64,000 bases of DNA, taken from assembly GCF_018350175.1 (NCBI RefSeq), contig NC_058368.1, forward strand, positions 79,300,001-79,364,000. The letters are read 5' to 3'. This document shows, one piece after another, positions 1-12,345 of this stretch. The position numbers and the translations under genes were made by a program. Under the pieces are notes generated by a model that did not search any database, was not told where the DNA came from, and saw only the letters and a list, made by a program, of their open reading frames with translations. Source of the DNA: Felis catus. Its lineage: Eukaryota. Numbering within the stretch: position 1 is the stretch's first letter; the number at the start of each line of letters is the position of its first letter.

Positions 1-3000
1 TTGTCATTGTTGGAAGCTGAATAGCAGTTAAGACCGTAAACTGCCCTGCTTCATAATAGAACAAGGTCACCTTGCATAATGAGGTTCATTATAAGGGACA
101 CGCATAATTCCAATCCCGTCCTGTGGTGGCTCCGACTTTTGTTGCCGAGACAGGCCGCTTTCATGGGCCCAAGGAGCCACACCGCACTTAAAACACACTC
201 AAAACTGTTTCGCGGGAGCGTTTTGTCGTCTTTCCTTTCTCAGCTGGTCAGGCTACTACTTTAGACAAAAATACCCATCTGGAGGTGGTGTCTTTGTGTG
301 ATAAAAAGTATTTCACCCCGCATACTCTTGATAAATTCGCCGGTGATGACAGTGCGCGTGTAAACATCGCCTGGTGAGTTAATTTCATCTGCGACTAACC
401 AAAATATGCAAACGACATCAGGAAATTGTTTGATTAGTGTGCATTTCCAGGGGCTGAATATTTATGTCTGCCAGCCACCACTGTGCTACTCCCACCTTCG
501 GAGGAAATCAGCCCGGGTGAGAGCTGGCGTGAAAACAAAGACGTGCCGGTGAAATACACGCGTGGTCCCCTTGACAATGGGTCGCAAAACCCCATCACGT
601 AAAATAGGACAAAGAAGGGGTAACCACGGTGCAGAAATGCCCCCGTGCTCTGTCCGGCCACCCTCCCTGCCCTCCCCCCGACACATCGGTCTGCCACGTG
701 GTCCCCCAGGACATGGAGAAGCACATTCCTAGGGATCCGGCATCTGGAAGAAGGCGTCCAGGAGGGGTCTGCCTCCTGCCCCAAGCTGTTTTCTCTGTCT
801 CCCAGGTTGTCTCCTTTGCTGTTTGGTTGGGTCGGAGCAAAGAGCAAAGTCCGCAGGCTTCCAAAGTACTTTCAGAGCGTGCTGTCCCGCGCTAAGCACA
901 TCTGCCCTAGAGCATCTTAAATTTCCAACTGCGTTCCCCACGTGCTCGTCTAAACCTAGGCGCAAGGCAGAGGATTCTGTGGTGTGCGTGGCTCTTTCTG
1001 GAGTTCTTCCTCGGTCGTTCTGAAATCTGGCGAATTTCAGTAGCGGCCAAGACCGCCAAGTCTTAGACGCACGCTCCCTCCTCTTTTCAATAATACGAGC
1101 TGTTTGCATCAATATTTAATGCGAATGTGCTACGTCAGATCCAGTCACAACCAAAGAGCAAGACCACAGATTCCATGGAGAAGTCACACATTCCTTTGGG
1201 GTGAGGTTCTATATCATTCCCCTCTATTGACCCCCACTAAGTTTTTTTCTGCTCCGCACAGAAAAAGAGTTTTCTCTTGAGTTTCTTCCTTCTCTGTTAA
1301 ATGCGCAAGGCTGCCGTGGAGAAGTTGGCAATTCGGCAAACGTCTCCTGAATGGATGGATATCAGAGCTGGAGAGAAGACGCCGGAGAGAGTCACAGAGT
1401 GGAGGCAGGATGGCAGGGTCCCAGGCACACGGATGCTGGCAGCTGGGGATAAAGCCACAGGAATGGCGTGCCTCTATAATTAGAATCCTATAAATTAGAC
1501 ATGAAAGAGACCGATTAGTTCGTCTCAGTCATCCCTAAAGGGACCAGCTTGAGACTGTTCCCTGCAAAGCATTTTCTATACTTCGTTTATATCATTTTTA
1601 ACAGGCTTATGGCATGACGTGCTCTCATTAGCTGCGTGGACAGGAGCTTTACGATGATTAAATGACACGGGATCTTTGATCTTAGCTGTGTGAGCCCTGA
1701 AATTTTAATATGGAGTTGACGCTCGCCGGGCATATATGAAAACCGTGGATGTCCGTATTTTCAAGTACACTTGAAACTCTCCCCCCAACCCTGTCGTTTC
1801 ACACTCCCACACTCCTGGGGACGCGTGTTCTGTTCTCAAGAATCAGGAAATCAATAGACCCAGGAAATAATCTCTTATCTGTGAGAAGGTGAACAGCGGT
1901 GTGGGTGGGAGATGGCTTCCTTCAATTCTTGAGCCCAGGATTCTTAAGAAAGGACAGAAGAGGCAGCCGGGAAAGAGGGCGGGCCCACTTTCTCCTCCTG
2001 AAGACCTCAGCACCTGAGCCATCACGCTTCAGCTGCCCAAATGTCACCCACAGAGAAAACAAGCATGTCCTACCATACCCAAGACTGGAGGATGGGTAGG
2101 CGATTCTGACTAAAACCCTAAGCCATGCTCTGAACTGGATGGGTGGTGAGCCCTCCCACAGGGAGCTGTGGTGCCTGGACCACCAACAGCCCGCAGGGCC
2201 AGGAGGGTTTCAGAGATGGGGACAGACACCCGCTCTCATACCCAGTGGCTGGGAGGCCTCTGGTAAGTTCCTGGATCTCTTGAAAGTCACTCTCTTCATT
2301 GCAAATGTCCTTCGTTTTTCTTTCGAAGGGTTCCCATTAAATACTACAGGGGACCGGGCCCTCTGTGGGGCGCACCCAGCCCCCGGGGTTGCCACTGCAT
2401 TGCTGGGGGAGGCGCATTGCCCTACACGTGACAAGTGCCCAGACTGTATGCTCTTAACCCCTGGTCTTATAATAGTATCTGGGCTGGGTAAAGCATTAGA
2501 GCAATTTTGTAGGATTTCTTGATGCTTCTCTCTGAGGACAAGACAGAGGACTATGGACTGTAGGATAACATATTTAGGAGAATTCCATGTCTTCACTCTT
2601 TCATTTGCTGAAATAATCACACTCCCAGGAAGACTGGTTTACATGTCTCTAATCCCTTCCTCGCCTTCTCTTCCATAACCCCCGGGATCTGGGTTCTGGG
2701 ACTCTGCTGAGTCCCAGAGCTGGACGGTCCTTGAGTCTCCGTGTGGTCGCCCCTGCAGACAGAGGCTGCAGGAACTGAAGGGACCTCCAGGCAAAGGGGC
2801 AGCACCCCAGTTGGAGGAAGGACTCTGCATGGATGCTCTGGATCAGGGCTGGGGGCCCAGGAGGCTGAGACTCCTGGGGAGAGTGGGGATGGGGTGCTGT
2901 ACGGGGCTATAGTCGGGTGGGGTCCTGTAGGGTCGGGGCTGGCCAGGTGACCCCCGTGATGGACAAGAGTCTCAGGCTTAGAATAACCTTTCCGCCTGTG

Positions 3001-3168
3001 GCCGGTGGTCTCGCCCTGGCAGGCTGAACAGCATCCTTGTGCTGTGCTGTGTCCCTGGGGGTCCCGGGAGCTGCAGTCACTCTCTGCCAAACTTCCTCCT
3101 TCCCAGCTGGTGTTTGTTTGCTTTTTGTTTTTATCCTTACCTCCAACTACTCCTTCTTTAACTGCTAT

Positions 3169-3376
3169 ATTTTTTTATTTTTTAAATTTTTATTTATTTT
3201 TGAGAAACAGACAGAGCATGAGCAGGGGAGGGGCAGAGAGAGAGAAAGACACAGAATCTGAAGCAGGTTCCGAGCTGTCAACATAGAGCCTGAGGCTGGG
3301 CCCGAACCCACAAATCGTGAGATCATGACCTGAGCCGAAGTCAGACGCTTAACCGACTGAGCCACCCAGGAGCCCC
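3169..3376 (-). mobile_element. CanSINE (SINEC_Fc-type)
   Basis: Reverse-complement head ...gagccacccaggagcccc at 3376, (AG)n tract and T-rich tail; flanking direct repeat tccttctttaa at 3151-3161 and 3377-3387. Confidence 0.95.
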
Positions 3377-3629
3377 TCCTTCTTTAATTCCTTTCCAGAC
3401 TTTCCCTTTCCCTGACTCCAAGTGCTTAATCTAGGTTATTTCTCAAGTTTAGTTTGGTTTCCAGGATCGGTTCTCTTCTCTCCTAAGAGCTAATATTTCC
3501 CCCAGGATTCCCTTGCCCAGCACACCTTGCCCAGACACCTGTTCGAGGATTTCTTTTTCTGTCCTAGAACTTGGCCGGGTTCCATACACGGCTTCTCCCA
3601 TGTGTGCTGCCTGTGTCCCACATTCTACA

Positions 3630-3790
3630 GTTGTGTGGCGAGCACCTATCCCGGGGTGAGCGCAGTTCCAGGGTCTGGGGACACGGCACCCAAGAAGGTG
3701 GACAAGATCCCTGCCGCTGTGGAGCTAACATTTTGGAGGGAAGAGACAGGTGATAGACAAGTAAGCAACTGTATACATAGAAACTCTCCT
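3630..3790 (-). mobile_element. L2 LINE 3'-end fragment
   Basis: ctggggacacggca...gacaagatccctgccgctgtggagctaacattttggagggaagagacag resembles the recalled antisense L2 3' end. Confidence 0.55.
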
Positions 3791-4210
3791 TTAATCGTGG
3801 ACATGAAGAAAAGAAAACAGATGAGTGATGGATGCTTAGGGCAGGCACGGCCCCATCTCTGTTCCCGGGACTTTCAAACACCTTCAGAATCAATTTGCAG
3901 TCATTCAGCAAGTATTGAGCGCCTACCAGGTGCAGGGAATTGTGAGAGGACTGGCTTCATTCACACGTCATCCCAGGTCATCTCTGAGTGCTCCCCGCTG
4001 TGACGGGCCACCCAGAGACCCGAGCGTCTTCCTAAAGGCGGCCTCCTCCCTAGAGCTGCCGTCTAATCCTAATTTTCTGGATTCTGTCCCTTAAACATTT
4101 TTGCAAATGCGTCCATTGCTTTTCTTTCTCTGCCGACATATTGTCAACGCAGACACACCCTCTCAACTATTGTCATGACTCAGGACGTGACACCAGTCTC
4201 TCCCTCCATC

Positions 4211-4414
4211 CGGGGTCTCTCAGCCTGGGCACGAATTACAACCTGGGCTGGTGATTTCCTTGTTGACTGTGGTGTCCTGTGCATTTTAGGAGGTAGACTC
4301 GGGGTCTACCCGTGAGTTATCAGCAGCCACCCCCTTTTGTGATAAACAAAAATGTCTGCAGACACAGTCAAAAGGCCTCTTGGGGACAAAATGGTGCCCA
4401 GTTAAGAGCCGCTG
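4211..4414 (-). mobile_element. MER20-like hAT-Charlie non-autonomous DNA transposon
   Basis: gtcctgtgcattttaggagg...aaaaatgtctgcagaca...ggggacaaaatggtgcccagttaagagccgctg follows the recalled MER20 consensus end to end; degenerate terminal inverted repeats. Confidence 0.8.
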
Positions 4415-5013
4415 TGACGCTCTTTCTAAGGTCCACGCGTGTTCCGCTCACCTGCCTCCCTCAGGTGTTCTATGACATGTCACAGTGTTGGGGAGGCCAT
4501 GCGTGGCCATCCTGTGGCAAATCCACCCACCTGCACCCAGACTGGACTCCCATGAGCTTCTCCCGCTCACTGGATTTACTCCCTAGCACTTACCCCCCGC
4601 CCCCACTTACTTGTTTATCTGTAGCTCCTCCCCATTAACAAACACAAGTCCCATTTGTGTCTCTGTTTCCGGTGGTTTATCCATATGGTGCCTCCTTACT
4701 AGTCTCTTCTTGGCTTTGCTATGGCACCCCCCTCTTTCCCCCAACTCTAACTCCCAGATCCCCAAACGTCTACAGTCATCATTCAGTCAAGAAGACGAGA
4801 TAGCAATGTCCTGTGCACAGTTTCTCATCACACACATATCACAGCTGATCACTGGAGGCCTGTTAGGTCCCCTTCCTGCCAGCTCACCCCGTTTGACGTT
4901 TTCAGCCTCAGATGCTGTCTCTCCCTCGATCCCAGCACGTGTCACTGTATTTTCTTACGACATCTTTCCTCCTCACCCCGAATGCCCTCCTTCCATCTTT
5001 CTGCCCATTCTTT

Positions 5014-5229
5014 TTTTTTTTTAATCTTTATTTATTTTTTGACAGAGAGAGACAGAGACAGAGACAGAGCAGGAGAGGGGCAGAGAGAGAGGGAGACACA
5101 GAATCCAAAGAAGCCCCAGGCTCCAAGCTGTTGGCACAGAGCCCGACACGGGGCTCGAACTCACGGACCGAGAGATCACAACCTGAGCCGAAGTCGGACA
5201 CTCAACTGCCTGAGCCGCCCAGGTGCCCC
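5014..5229 (-). mobile_element. CanSINE (SINEC_Fc-type)
   Basis: Full-length; perfect 16-bp TSD tttctgcccattcttt at 4998-5013 and 5230-5245. Confidence 0.97.
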
Positions 5230-5270
5230 TTTCTGCCCATTCTTTGTGTCTCTTTGCAAGTATTGACCTG

Positions 5271-5330
5271 CTGATAAATCTCTTCTGATAAATCTGATAA
5301 ATTTCTTCTGATAAATCTCTTCTGATAAAA
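5271..5330 (+). repeat. Tandem repeat of about 14-bp unit CTGATAAATCTCTT (five TGATAA motifs)
   Basis: TGATAA at 5272, 5286, 5295, 5309 and 5323. Confidence 0.9.
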
Positions 5331-5590
5331 CCCATGCAGAGTGTGGCTCTTTTTTTCCTGTGTTCCCAAAGCATTTTTCACATACCTCCCTGAAAATTAA
5401 AATTTGACCGCATTTTAGCTACTGCAGATAGTTATTTTCTCAGTAGCCTCTAAGGTTCTTGAGTGAGGAATTGTGTATCTTTACATCCTGGGCTGCGCTC
5501 AATTCATGCTTGTTGAATAAGTGAAGGGGTCCTCCTTGGTGTATTAGTTTGTATCCTGTACATCTATAACACTTTATATTATCCTAGAGC

Positions 5591-6178
5591 CCTGATTCTT
5601 AAACTGCGTGCTGAGATGCCCCCAGGAAGGCTCAGGAAACACGGGGGAACACGGGATATCTTGCACACTTGAAGGGGGCACAGCCACACTCCACATCAGT
5701 GGGCCATCTCATGAACTACCAGCTCCAAGTAATTCGTCTCAACATTACATCACGTTCCTTTTCATGGGATGACGTCATACCTCAGTAAACCAGATTTTTG
5801 GCTCCCACGAGGATAAAAAGGTTGTACAGGAACATCAACGCCGATGGGAAAGGAGGGGACTGCACTCAGTCCAGTCCAAGATTAAACAGGTTGTTCAGTG
5901 GCCAACAGGTGCGCGTGTCCCGTGGTAAGTGACTGTGCTTAGGTAAGAGCGAAATCCATACTTTTGCTTTCAGTATAGCTACATTATTTTTCATATGACG
6001 ACTAAGTTGTTAGGGTGTAAATACTCATTAAGATGTTTGAACCTGTTTAATACATTTTAAGTACCCATATGAATTTAACAAATACATACTGTCAGACATT
6101 TCTTTTGGCCTCAGCATGCTGTGAAAAACACTACGGAATTTCGGATGCTTTGAATAGAGAAGGTTTGGGAGGCTCTTC
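5591..6178 (+). mobile_element. MER119-like hAT-Charlie DNA transposon relic
   Basis: tgattcttaaactgcgtgc...gaactaccagctccaagtaattc...gatgacgtcatac...ctaagttgttagg...ttcttttggcctc...agaaggtttgggaggctct is collinear with the recalled MER119 consensus; about 590 bp. Confidence 0.7.
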
Positions 6179-7511
6179 CTTAGAGTGAATTACTAGTTGG
6201 GGTCCTTACTTGCAAACAGTAGAAACTGTTTTCTGCTGGTGTCCCTAAAATAAATGAATTTGTGGACAGCGTATTGTGGCGTTCACAGAACCAGTGAAAC
6301 AGCTTTAAGCCCAGGCTTGGAGCTAAGAGTCCAGGAACAACACCTCAAACCACACCTTCCAGAACTTGTCAGAACAGCAGCTCCATGAAGATTCTCGTTG
6401 CTGGAAGTTCAGCGCTGCCTCTGCAGAGAGAGATAGAGACAGAGACAGAGAGAGGCAGAGAGACATTGAGGAAGGAGTAGGGACAGAGAGAGACGGCCTC
6501 CCATCCCCTGCCCCCAGGTCAGACCCCGGGTGGCCACAGCTGGTCGGCAGAGACAGAACCCACAGGCACCTTTGCCCGCCTACAGTGGAAGTGGAAAGGG
6601 GGGCTTTCCTGCATTAGACCCCCCTCCAAATGCGGGTCCCCGCTAGAGACCAAAGTGTGGTGGGGAAGTTTTGAATTATTCCATTTCCGTGGAGGAAGGA
6701 CCAGGCAAAGAGGAAATTCAGAATGTTTCGAGAACTGTCTTCAGATACATCAGCCTCTCTGAAGAGTTGACTTGGGCTTGTTCCCTGGGGCCACATAGAC
6801 ACAAAACGGACACAGGCAGGGAGGCTGGAGTCCAGGACAGGAGGCAAGGCCCAGGGCCAGGCTGTCCGAGGCTCCCGTCCCCCGCCGGGTGCAGGTGCAG
6901 CCGAGGTGACTGGGGAGGACAGGCCAGCGGTCGCGAACAGGGCTCCCGACTCCCTGACAGCTGGCAGCTGGGACCTAAGAGCATAAACGTGTGGACACAT
7001 AACCTGTAACGTAAAGTGGTCTGAATAATTACGGCTACGTCAGTGAGGGGGGCTTCCCGATCCGTACTGGCAGGTTTTTGCTGTCCTGATCTGCTGACAC
7101 GTCCTCATCGGTGACAAACCGAGCGTAATTGTTAATGAGACTTTTCTCTCACAGCACAGTATCCTCTCACCGAAAAACTAGAAGGGACAAAAGAAAACAA
7201 GTCAGGTAGTATTCACACCATGTGACCCCACAGAGGTTACTTTTTGGGTTATTTCCCTCTGGATTTTCCTTTCTGGTTTTCTTTTCAGAGTTGTGGCCCC
7301 ATTTCACTGCTTTTCTCATGTGCCCTGCTGTAGTGAGCATACCGTGTAAATTGCTATACATACTTTATCAATCAAGTGTCTGCCTTTCTTTAGAAAATTA
7401 ACACTGGATTATCATAAAGCTATTCGTATTTAAAAGCGTATCAACATAGTGAATTAAATTCTTACTACGTTAAGATAAATATTTTTTTTTTACTTTTTTA
7501 TACTTATTTAT

Positions 7512-7735
7512 TTTTTTTTTAATTTTTTTTTCAACGTTTATTTATTTTGGGGACAGAGAGAGACAGAGCATGAACGGGGGAGGGGCAGAGAGAGAGGGAG
7601 ACACAGAATCTGAAACGGGCTCCAGGCTCTGAGCTGTCAGCACAGAGCCCGACGCGGGGCTCGAACTCACGGACCATGAGATCATGACCTGAGCTGAAGT
7701 CCGATGCTTAACCGACTGCGCCACCCAGGCGCCCC
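7512..7735 (-). mobile_element. Young CanSINE inserted in the tail of an older SINE fragment
   Basis: Near-consensus body with CpGs retained; TSD tata(c/t)ttatttatttt at about 7499 and 7736. Confidence 0.95.
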
Positions 7736-8000
7736 TATATTTATTTATTTTTTAGAGACACAGCATGAGTGGGGGAGGGGCAGCGAGAGAGGGAAAGCTA
7801 TTGGTATTTAAAAGCATATCAACCTAGTGAATTAAATTCTTACTTCACTACAATAAATATTTTTAAAAAAATTTTTTTACATTTATTTGTTTTTTAGAGA
7901 CACAGCATGAGTAGCTCCAGGCTCCGAGCTGTCAGCACAGAGCCCGACACGGGGCTCGAAACCACAAACTGTGAGATCATGACCTAAGCTGAAGTCTGAT
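7736..8000 (-). mobile_element. Rearranged and partly duplicated older CanSINE fragments
   Basis: SINE 3' part at 7736-7794 and again at 7872-7912, continuing into the SINE body to about 8000 with no 5' head. Confidence 0.8.
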
Positions 8001-9498
8001 TTTCAATGCTATTAAACGACATGGAAAGAAATGCACAATGAATAAGTCCACATATCCGTGCAGATGGAAAAAATGACGGAATTCTTAAAAGGCATAAAAA
8101 GAGAGAGTTTCACAACAATAGGCACTCCTTTCCAGAGGGCACATCCTGGCTGCTGAAACCCTTCTTGGAAGATGCCTCTTGAAGAAAAGGACCCCTTATC
8201 CAGCGGAGACCAGTCTCGTGCACGCAAGGACCCCTGCTAATCCATGTTCAACAAAATAACAAACCAAATAAGAATGGACTTCCAGGGGGCTGGGAATAAA
8301 AAAAAACATATTTTCAGAGAAAGAAGGGCCCTCGCATGGATCCGTTTGAGTCCGCTGTTCCAGGAGGAGTTGGGTTGGAGTTAACTGAAAGATGAGAAGA
8401 CACCTGGAAAGAGGGCTGAGCTAGGACTGCTGACAAGAGCTTGGGGAAACTCTTTGACAGCGGGAGAACGTGAGTCCTGATCATTCCTGTCATCAGCCGT
8501 CACCAGCCGTTGAAAGCGTGTGGTCTTTGGAGTGCCAGGAGCAGAGGAGAATGAGCTGGAAGCTTGCCTTCATGTTGTGGATTCATCCCAGTCTGGAAGC
8601 GCTCAGCCTTTGGGCAAGTGCACTAAGTTTTCTGTGTCTGGCCACGTCCGAAGAAGCACCTGCTATTTTAGGGCAAACCACAGCCTCCGATCACCTATCC
8701 CAGGGTTTGCACAATACATGCTCCAGTGGGGATGTTCCCCAGGCAAGTGTGGGACAGCACGACCATGCTTCCTAAGGCCACATTCGCATTGTTCTGGGTG
8801 GACAAATCATCAGTCTGTCGGGCAGGTGTCTGTAGTTTGCTCATGAATGCTTCCATGCCTAGGACATCAATGACGCCCAGAGACGATGAGCATTTCTTGC
8901 CATTGAAACATTTCAGTTTTCCTCAGTGCATTGTCTACTGGTCTACCACGAATCAGAACGTGGCTGTCCCAACCCAATCACATCGGCCATTGTCCAAAGC
9001 AATGCCCGTCACCCTGACCAACTCCATTGTATGCAACTCAGTCACATAGGTTTGCTTTGAGCTAGAAGACATTCTACATTATTGCAACGGTGCACTGGGT
9101 TATCAAGACTCAGCTGGTTTCTCTTTTTGAGGAGTAGACTCACCTACACCAATAGCTAGTTGTTTAGCACCGAGCCTCACTACAGAGTCTGTTGGAAAGA
9201 GTATGAATGTCCCAATCCAGAGACCCAGGTCTGAGCGGAGAGTCAGATGTCTGCTGGTCATGCAACCTTAAAATAGCTCTAAGTCCCCCTGTGTGTTGGT
9301 TTTCTGTACGGAAAACACAACCGGTATCTCCTATGATTTCCTCTCATTACGCAGTGAGAATTTTTAAAACCTTAGAATTCTTAGGTAATATTACATTTTC
9401 TATTCAAACTTTTTGACATCCTCAGTTTTGTTTATCTGAATCAATTTTTAATTTTCCTTTCATTCTGTGCTATTCTTTTCAGCCTTATTACTACTGAC

Positions 9499-9721
9499 TT
9501 TTTTTTTTTATTTTTTCATGTTTACTTATTTTTGAAAGAGAGATAGAGAGAGAGCTCAAGCAGGGGAGGGGCAGACAGAGAGGGAGACACAGAATCCAAA
9601 GCAGGCTCCAGGCTCCAAGCTGTCAGCACAGAGCCCGACACTGGGCTCGAACCCGCGAACCGCAAGATCGTGACCTGAGCTGAAGACAGACGCTTAATCC
9701 ACTGAGCCCCCCAGGCGCCCC
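9499..9721 (-). mobile_element. CanSINE
   Basis: Full-length, ends ...ccaggcgcccc; degenerate TSD actact(g/t)a. Confidence 0.95.
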
Positions 9722-10385
9722 ACTACTTAATTTTGAATGCTGTGCAACTTGTCCTCGTGTTTTTGTTCTTACTAGTTGGTTAATTATAAATAACAAATAA
9801 ATTGATCCCTGCCTTATCTTCCAAAGCAAGCATTTGCAAAAATATAAAATAAATAAGTAATGTATGTGAAAATATTTTGGAATTGTAAGGCACATTATAT
9901 ATACAGCTATATATAATGCGTATACATTATGTATGCATAACACATGGACATACGTATGGGTGCGTGGGTACATACTGAGAACAAGGGAGAGGGAGGAGAG
10001 ATTACCGACGAAAGTGCAACAGCAACAACAAAAGAAACACTGTCATTCTTTGCTTCTGTTCCGGGCTTGAGTTCTCATCCTTCTTCTGTAACTTATCCGT
10101 TCCAGCAAACAGAGGTGGCACCGGAAATAAGGCCAATGGAGCTGTGTTGACAGGAGCTGGGATTCATGGCCAGGGGTGCGTGGGAAGGTCTCCTTACGTG
10201 GCTGACCACCAGCATTATCTGTCACCTCTGCATGCCACCAATTAATTCTTCAGTTTCATTAGATAAGCTGATTAAATAAAGCAGCCGGGCACCTCTGAAC
10301 AGCAGCGCCATTTGCCTTAATGTCTCAAGTAGCTTTGCCTCCTAGAAGATAAATCTGTAAATACAAACGGAAATCAGGGTTTATG

Positions 10386-10597
10386 GGGGGACCTGGGTGG
10401 CTCAGTCAGCGGAGCGTCCATCTCTTGGTTTCGGCTCAAGTCATGAGCTCACAGTTTGGGAGTTCGAGCCCCGCATTGGGCTCTGTGCTGAGAGTGTGGA
10501 ACCTGCTTGGGATTCCCTGCCTCTCCCTCTCTCTCTGCCCCCTCCCCTGCTCTCTCTCTCTCTCTCTCTCTCAAAATAAATAAACAAAACTTAAAAA
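10386..10597 (+). mobile_element. CanSINE (older subfamily)
   Basis: Head gggggacctgggtggctcagtc, B-box gttcgagcc, (CT)n tract and A-rich tail. Confidence 0.93.
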
Positions 10598-11093
10598 CAG
10601 AGAAATTATGGTTTATTTGTGAGATGTATTCTAAATGGCCTTTTCTGACCTTTTTTTGTTGTTGGGGCAACGCTAGTGTCTTGCCTGCTGGATTACTTTA
10701 ATTTTCTGCTGCTTGGTATTTTGTGTTCAGGTGTTTTGTGGCCTTCATTAAAGGAGGGCTTTAAAAAGTAAGCATCTCAAAATGTCCCTCTCATCTGGTT
10801 CCATAGCTGTGGGGAGGTCTCAGCCACACCACAGCACACACATGCACACTCATGCACACTCATACGTGCACACACACGGAGACGGAGAGGTCGGTTCATC
10901 TTTCTTTCCATTCATTTTATCCAAATACACTTTAGCCGTAAGAGAGACTTCAGCCTTGACCTTATCATAGCATCCATGCCATTGGGATTTGTGCTTCACG
11001 TATAGTTTCTAATCTAAATTTGACGCATAACTTACGGACAAAAAAATGTATATGTTCTAACATCTGTTTTTCCCCCTTCAACACACCCATTCT

Positions 11094-11160
<67 letters not shown>
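11094..11160 (+). repeat. (TTTC)n microsatellite
   Basis: About 16 uninterrupted TTTC units. Confidence 0.98.
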
Positions 11161-12039
11161 CTTTCTTCCTAGCTTGGAAAAGGACCATTGTAAGGACTTT
11201 ATTCTCTGAGGTATTACACACTGCGTCCCAGGCATGGGAATAATATATCTCAATGGGGTTCTTCCACGGTGAGCCAGTCAGAAGCTGGGCTCTCCCAAGA
11301 GCAGTCCCAGGAAAGGAAGGGACCAAAAGTTCCTAGATGCTGTCAGGTGGTGTTGAGAAAGTTGAGTCAGCTGAGGAGCCTGCCCTGAGGGGAGCTAAGC
11401 CTGCAGTGGGACCTCCTCACAGACCTCCAGCCTAGGGCTCCGCGCACAGCACTGTGGGTCCCTGGGGACCCTGCAGGCCCAGCAAAAGTCAAGACGGCTC
11501 ATTCACGCGGACTCAGAACTGAGCTGGGGGAGAACAAAGCAGGAGTTGACCAGCCTGTGGCTGGGCAGTAGAGGTCCCATCACCCGGGGGTACAAGCAAC
11601 ATCCCTCTAGAAACCGGAGGAAGAGGAGGCAGTGTAAAGACCAGCATCCTTACCAAACTCGACTCAGTGAGCATCCCAGCATCTCCTGGGGAGTCCACCA
11701 GGGGAAGGGGAGGGAACATGAAAGACTGAGCAATTGCTCTAAACAGACCAACTTCAGTTTTCCAAAGAACGTTCATTGAATGCCAAGGACATGACAGACA
11801 CTGTTCTAGGGGCATCGGGTGCCCAAGAGGCTGGTCGAATCCTGCCGAGTACGACAAATTTGATTACATTGCTCCCACATCCAACCTAGAGAGAACTTGT
11901 GAAAACACGGATTTGCTAGAAATAGAGATTGCTTTTGGTCCTGCGCCTGTGGGTTCAGTGCTGGTGACTTTGTGACCAGCCCTCACCTGCCCTCACCTGC
12001 CCTCGCTGTGTGTGGCTTGGCTCGCTTGTCTCTTCCTTC

Positions 12040-12345
12040 CCTCGTTGGGCAAGTATGTGCAGCGTCCTTATCATGTGCCAGGCGTGACCTGCCTACTGGG
12101 TACACAGTGGTGGTCAACACAGATCCCTAGCCTCCGACGAAAGAGAGTGGGGAGGGCATCAGACCCAGACTAAATAACTGCAGAATTAGAAATGGAGGAA
12201 AGTGGTATGTGAGTCAAGAACACAGAGCCCTGACTCAGGGTGGTGTTGGGGGCAGGCCGGGCTGGGGGCCAGTCGGGAAGAGGTCTGGCTGTAGGTAACT
12301 GAGCCTGGGGGTTTGAAGGTTGAAGAGGAGTCCATCCTGTGAGCT
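12040..12345 (-). mobile_element. L2 LINE fragment
   Basis: tatcatgtgccaggc...ctgggtacacagtggtggtcaacacagatccctagcc...tttgaaggttgaagaggagt resembles the antisense L2 3' region. Confidence 0.5.

Noticed and set aside
8470..9050. Possible processed pseudogene or old retroelement
   Set aside because: No frame on either strand gave a recognisable protein, and there is no poly-A tail or TSD; left unassigned.
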